Shown here: piece by piece, positions 61,047 through 64,000 of the stretch | How positions within the stretch are numbered: position 1 is the first letter of the stretch | Layout of the letters: each line of letters begins with the position of its first letter | NCBI GenBank assembly: GCA_964036045.1 | Contig: OZ038378.1 | Location: 193,998,001-194,062,000, forward strand | Reading direction: 5' to 3' | Source of the DNA: Eutreptiella sp. 'Long Island Sound 2002' | Taxonomy: Eukaryota > Protista > Euglenida | DNA: 64,000 bases | Notes under the pieces: model-generated | Told to the model about the DNA's origin: nothing | Seen by the model: the letters and a program-made list of their open reading frames with translations, nothing else | The model's database searches: none | Position numbers and translations under genes: made by a program

Positions 61047-61295
61047 CTCAAGCAACGGGGGCGGCGACGTGTCCTTGGTGCACTGCTGCTTGTACTCCGA
61101 GAAGAAGGGGGACATTTTGTGGGTGGACGTGGCGACATCCTCGGAGCTGATGGTCACCTTCTGGTCCCACTGCCGCTGCAGATTCGTCACCAGGTCCCCC
61201 AGAGACGCGGACGTGGACGGCCCCGTGATCAACACTGAGCACTTCTGCTGCTCGTTCCAGATCTCAGTGACGAATGTCTGCTCCGTATTTGACTC
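61047..61295 (-). CDS. Gene X exon A (uncharacterised S/P-rich protein; exons A-H give 430 contiguous codons)
   Basis: GCCTCCAG acceptor, GAG|GTGTGC donor, very high GC3. ESNTEQTFVTEIWNEQQKCSVLITGP... Confidence 0.8.
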
Positions 61296-62242
61296 CTGGA
61301 GGCACGGTCGCGCATGGTCCCTCTGCGGCACGCGCCCGTGTAACAGCCACGTAGCCCCCCCCCCCCCCCCCCCCTCCGCCCGTCAGTCATGCAGCCCCCC
61401 GTTTCCCCACAGGGGACAACTCCCACCGGCGGTGGAGACTTCCCGGCCCACAGTCGGGGTGTGTCCCTGAAGCCTGTGGCGTGCCCATGAACTGCCCATG
61501 GCCTGCCCGTAGCGTGCCTATGTCGCTGCCTCTGGCAGGCACAGCTTCTGCCTTATGGCCTCACCTGAGCACAGCGCGGCGATGGCCGGCGCATAGCCCT
61601 GCCAACCGGACACAGCCAAGTCAAGGGAATGCAAGTGTGATCTCATCTACAAACATGCGTTCCACAACCACCCGTAGTGCGTGCACCCCTTTTTGGCGTG
61701 ATTTAAAACTCTACGGTGTCGTCTGGCAACCTCCTTCGAGTGCAAACACGGTGGAGTGTATAGCTTCATGCCACCGTCCGGCAGCATACCCACTATTCAC
61801 TCCACTGGGGGCCATCGGCCATGGGCCGCATGTAGGCACGCCAAGAGTCGGCTATAGACAGGCGATGAGCAGGCTCTAGGTAGGCTGTGGTCAGGCTGTG
61901 TGTAGGCCATGGGCAGGCGGTAGGTGCAGAGTGACGGTGCAGAGCGACGGTAGAGAATGACGGTAACGAGTATGTAGGCAGACCGTACACGACTGACAGG
62001 CAGGCCCGGGTCAGGCTCTGTGCGCGTCGCAGGTCCGCAAAAGGCCGGCCACGGGACGCTCTGAGACAGGCCATAGGCAGGGGATCTGCGGGCAGTAGGG
62101 CGCCATGGGCACGTGGAGGGGATGGGTGGACGATGTGGAGGCAGTAGGCGGGCAATAGGCACACCACCGGAAGGTCATGGGCCGAGAGAAAATACGCAGG
62201 CCACGGGGGGGGGGCCGACTCCTCGGGTTTGGACACCAACTA

Positions 62243-62896
62243 GGGGAGGAGCTTCTCTTGTCTCTTCTCCGGGCTAGTCCCGTGTTCTGTTCTTAATGAC
62301 GGAAGATTCACAAGATGACCTAAGGTCCGGATGAGGGTCCCGTGAGGCTCACTCAATGTCTTGTTCGCTTCAAGAGCCACAAGGAAACATCGGCCCATGC
62401 TGTGCCACCCCAACACAAAGGCCTGCCCATCGCTTACCCCCCCTAACCGTTGGCCAGAGGTCCCCTGGGGGGAGGGGGGGGGGGGGGTAGGTGGTGTCCT
62501 AGGACCCGCGGAGTCGGCCCCCCTGGGAGGCGGGCCGTATGCGTGTCCATGGACTGCCCACAGGCAAGCGATGGGCAAGCCGTGGACAGGCCATGGGCAG
62601 GCTCTAGGCGCGCTTCTTGCAGGCCATGGCACGCCGTGGGCAGGCCACATGAAGTCAGTGGACAGGCCCTAGGCAAGTCATACGGAGGCAGTAGGCCACA
62701 GGCAAGCGATGGGCAGGCCTTTGTGTTGGGGTGGCACAGCATGGGCCGATGTTTCCTTGTGGCTCTTGAAGCGAACACGACATTGAGTGAGCCTCACGGG
62801 ACCCTCATCCGGACCTTAGGTCATCTTGTGAATCTTCCGTCATTAAGAACAGAACACGGGACTAGCCCGGAGAAGAGACAAGAGAAGCTCCTCCCC
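62243..62896. repeat. 193-bp inverted repeat (1 mismatch) with a 268-bp spacer
   Basis: Arm 62243-62435 is the reverse complement of 62704-62896. The ORF track gives identical peptides on opposite strands. Confidence 0.95.
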
Positions 62897-63213
62897 ATGG
62901 GAGGCTAGTACCGGGCTCCAGAAGACCGCCTGTGGGTTGAAGGTCCGCACGTCTTCTCTCGGATGTGCTGCTGGAGGATTTGAAAGTTTTGCCGCGTGTA
63001 GTGCCCACGCTTCCTTCCCCACGGGCGGTGTGTGTGTGCGTTTGTTGGGTCCAGCGTCAATCAATCCCAGATTTTTCGTGTTGTTTAGCTTTGGGGACCC
63101 CACCTGGTCAGACAGTCGAATGCCGGGTTGGTGCTGAATGGCAAAGAGGCCCCAAAGGGGGGGGGGGGGTCTGATAAGGCCACGGTGGTACGCAGCTGGT
63201 AGCTGTAGCAGAC

Positions 63214-63336
63214 CTGTAGCCTTGTGGGAAAACTTTGCAGTAGGAGTTACATGTTCCCTCGACGGAGCCCCGTCTCCGCAGCCCTTTACAATCCACCACA
63301 ACACCGCACAACAACCGGCCGGCCAAGAAGCACAAC
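63214..63336 (-). CDS. Candidate upstream gene X exon, weakly C2-domain-like
   Basis: LLCGVVVDCKGLRRRGSVEGTCNSYCKVFPQGY, with an AG|GTCTGC donor. Its phase matches the exon at 63628-63730. Confidence 0.4.
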
Positions 63337-63627
63337 CTTCCGCAATGTGTGGCAGCCATACTCAGTTGGTGTGACCCAACTCCTACACAAACCACGCTCC
63401 TGCATTCACCGTGCGTCAGGCACGGACAGTATGGGTGAGGGCTCGTGGGGGTTGGGTGAGAGTTGGGGTTAAGGACTTCCACGTGGTCCTTTGCACCTGA
63501 ACCCTAGTCTCGGCCCTTTTGCGGTGGTTTGTTCCATAATAAGGGTTTTTAAGCCTCTTAAGCATTCAGGACATGACATATTTTAATCGTTCTCCATTTT
63601 TACCTATTTGTAACAATTGTCACCCAC

Positions 63628-63730
63628 TTGCCATTGGGGTAGAATTGAGAAGAATTGACGCAATAGTCAGCAGCCTTCATCAGGATTCTCAAAAGTTGAG
63701 CGAAGACGTCAGATCGCCTTCCATGGAAAG
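63628..63730 (-). CDS. Candidate upstream gene X exon
   Basis: GATAATCAG acceptor. FHGRRSDVFAQLLRILMKAADYCVNSSQFYPNG, with an AA|GTGGGT donor. Confidence 0.4.
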
Positions 63731-64000
63731 CTGATTATCATAAACCAAATCCTTTGGCATGGTGCACGTGAGCAGAGGCACAGCCTAACGTACACCCGTG
63801 TAAATCCTTAAAAACACCGAACAAAGTGCGCACAAAAATTTCATACAGAATTTGTGACACAGAAATTTTACCCCGTATAACCCCCCCCGGTAGACAAAGG
63901 GCCTCATTGTTCAATGACCCCCCTGTGTCGGTCTGACGGCTGCACACCTGCGCCGGAAAGTCCCAGTCCACCAGCCCTTTGCTGCCCACGGGCACCGGCA

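Noticed and set aside
1-64000. tRNA, rRNA, prokaryotic promoters or terminators, and an autonomous hAT transposase
   Set aside because: No recognisable cloverleaf, rRNA or hAT DDE signature found by eye. tRNAscan, Rfam and HMM searches would be needed to exclude them fully.

Overview
This is eukaryotic nuclear DNA, not prokaryotic. Exons are GC3-rich and separated by long GT-AG introns. Polypyrimidine-AG sites sit just upstream of start codons, and the introns are dense with G/C-run-rich miniature transposons. That combination best fits a euglenid (Euglenozoa); this is an inference and the taxon is not confirmed. All four host genes I can support are on the minus strand: (1) an intronless Cys-rich type I membrane protein with a Tyr-repeat tail (2437-3114); (2) an intronless TMEM164-family protein (14714-15520); (3) a hand-assembled 5-exon, 322-aa type I membrane protein with two DUF4397-like repeats (39274 to 27985), whose first intron holds a 4.2-kb, 43-bp satellite with higher-order structure; (4) a partial multi-exon gene (at least 9 phase-consistent exons, 61295 to 50829, probably extending to 63730). 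Mobile DNA: a near-full-length, frameshifted L1/Tx1-like LINE (APE-RT-zinc finger-RNase H, about 5.9-12.7 kb); a 5'-truncated relative nested inside a MITE; several CAG...CTG hAT-like MITEs, three with perfect 8-bp TSDs; and a TA-flanked Tc1/mariner-like deletion derivative. There is also a WD40 pseudogene, a 193-bp near-perfect inverted repeat and several tandem duplications. The most interesting signal is that the CAG/CTG plus 8-bp TSD geometry of the MITEs reproduces the published boundary geometry of euglenid non-conventional introns. No rRNA, tRNA or CRISPR array was found. Exon models were built by eye and need RNA-seq confirmation.
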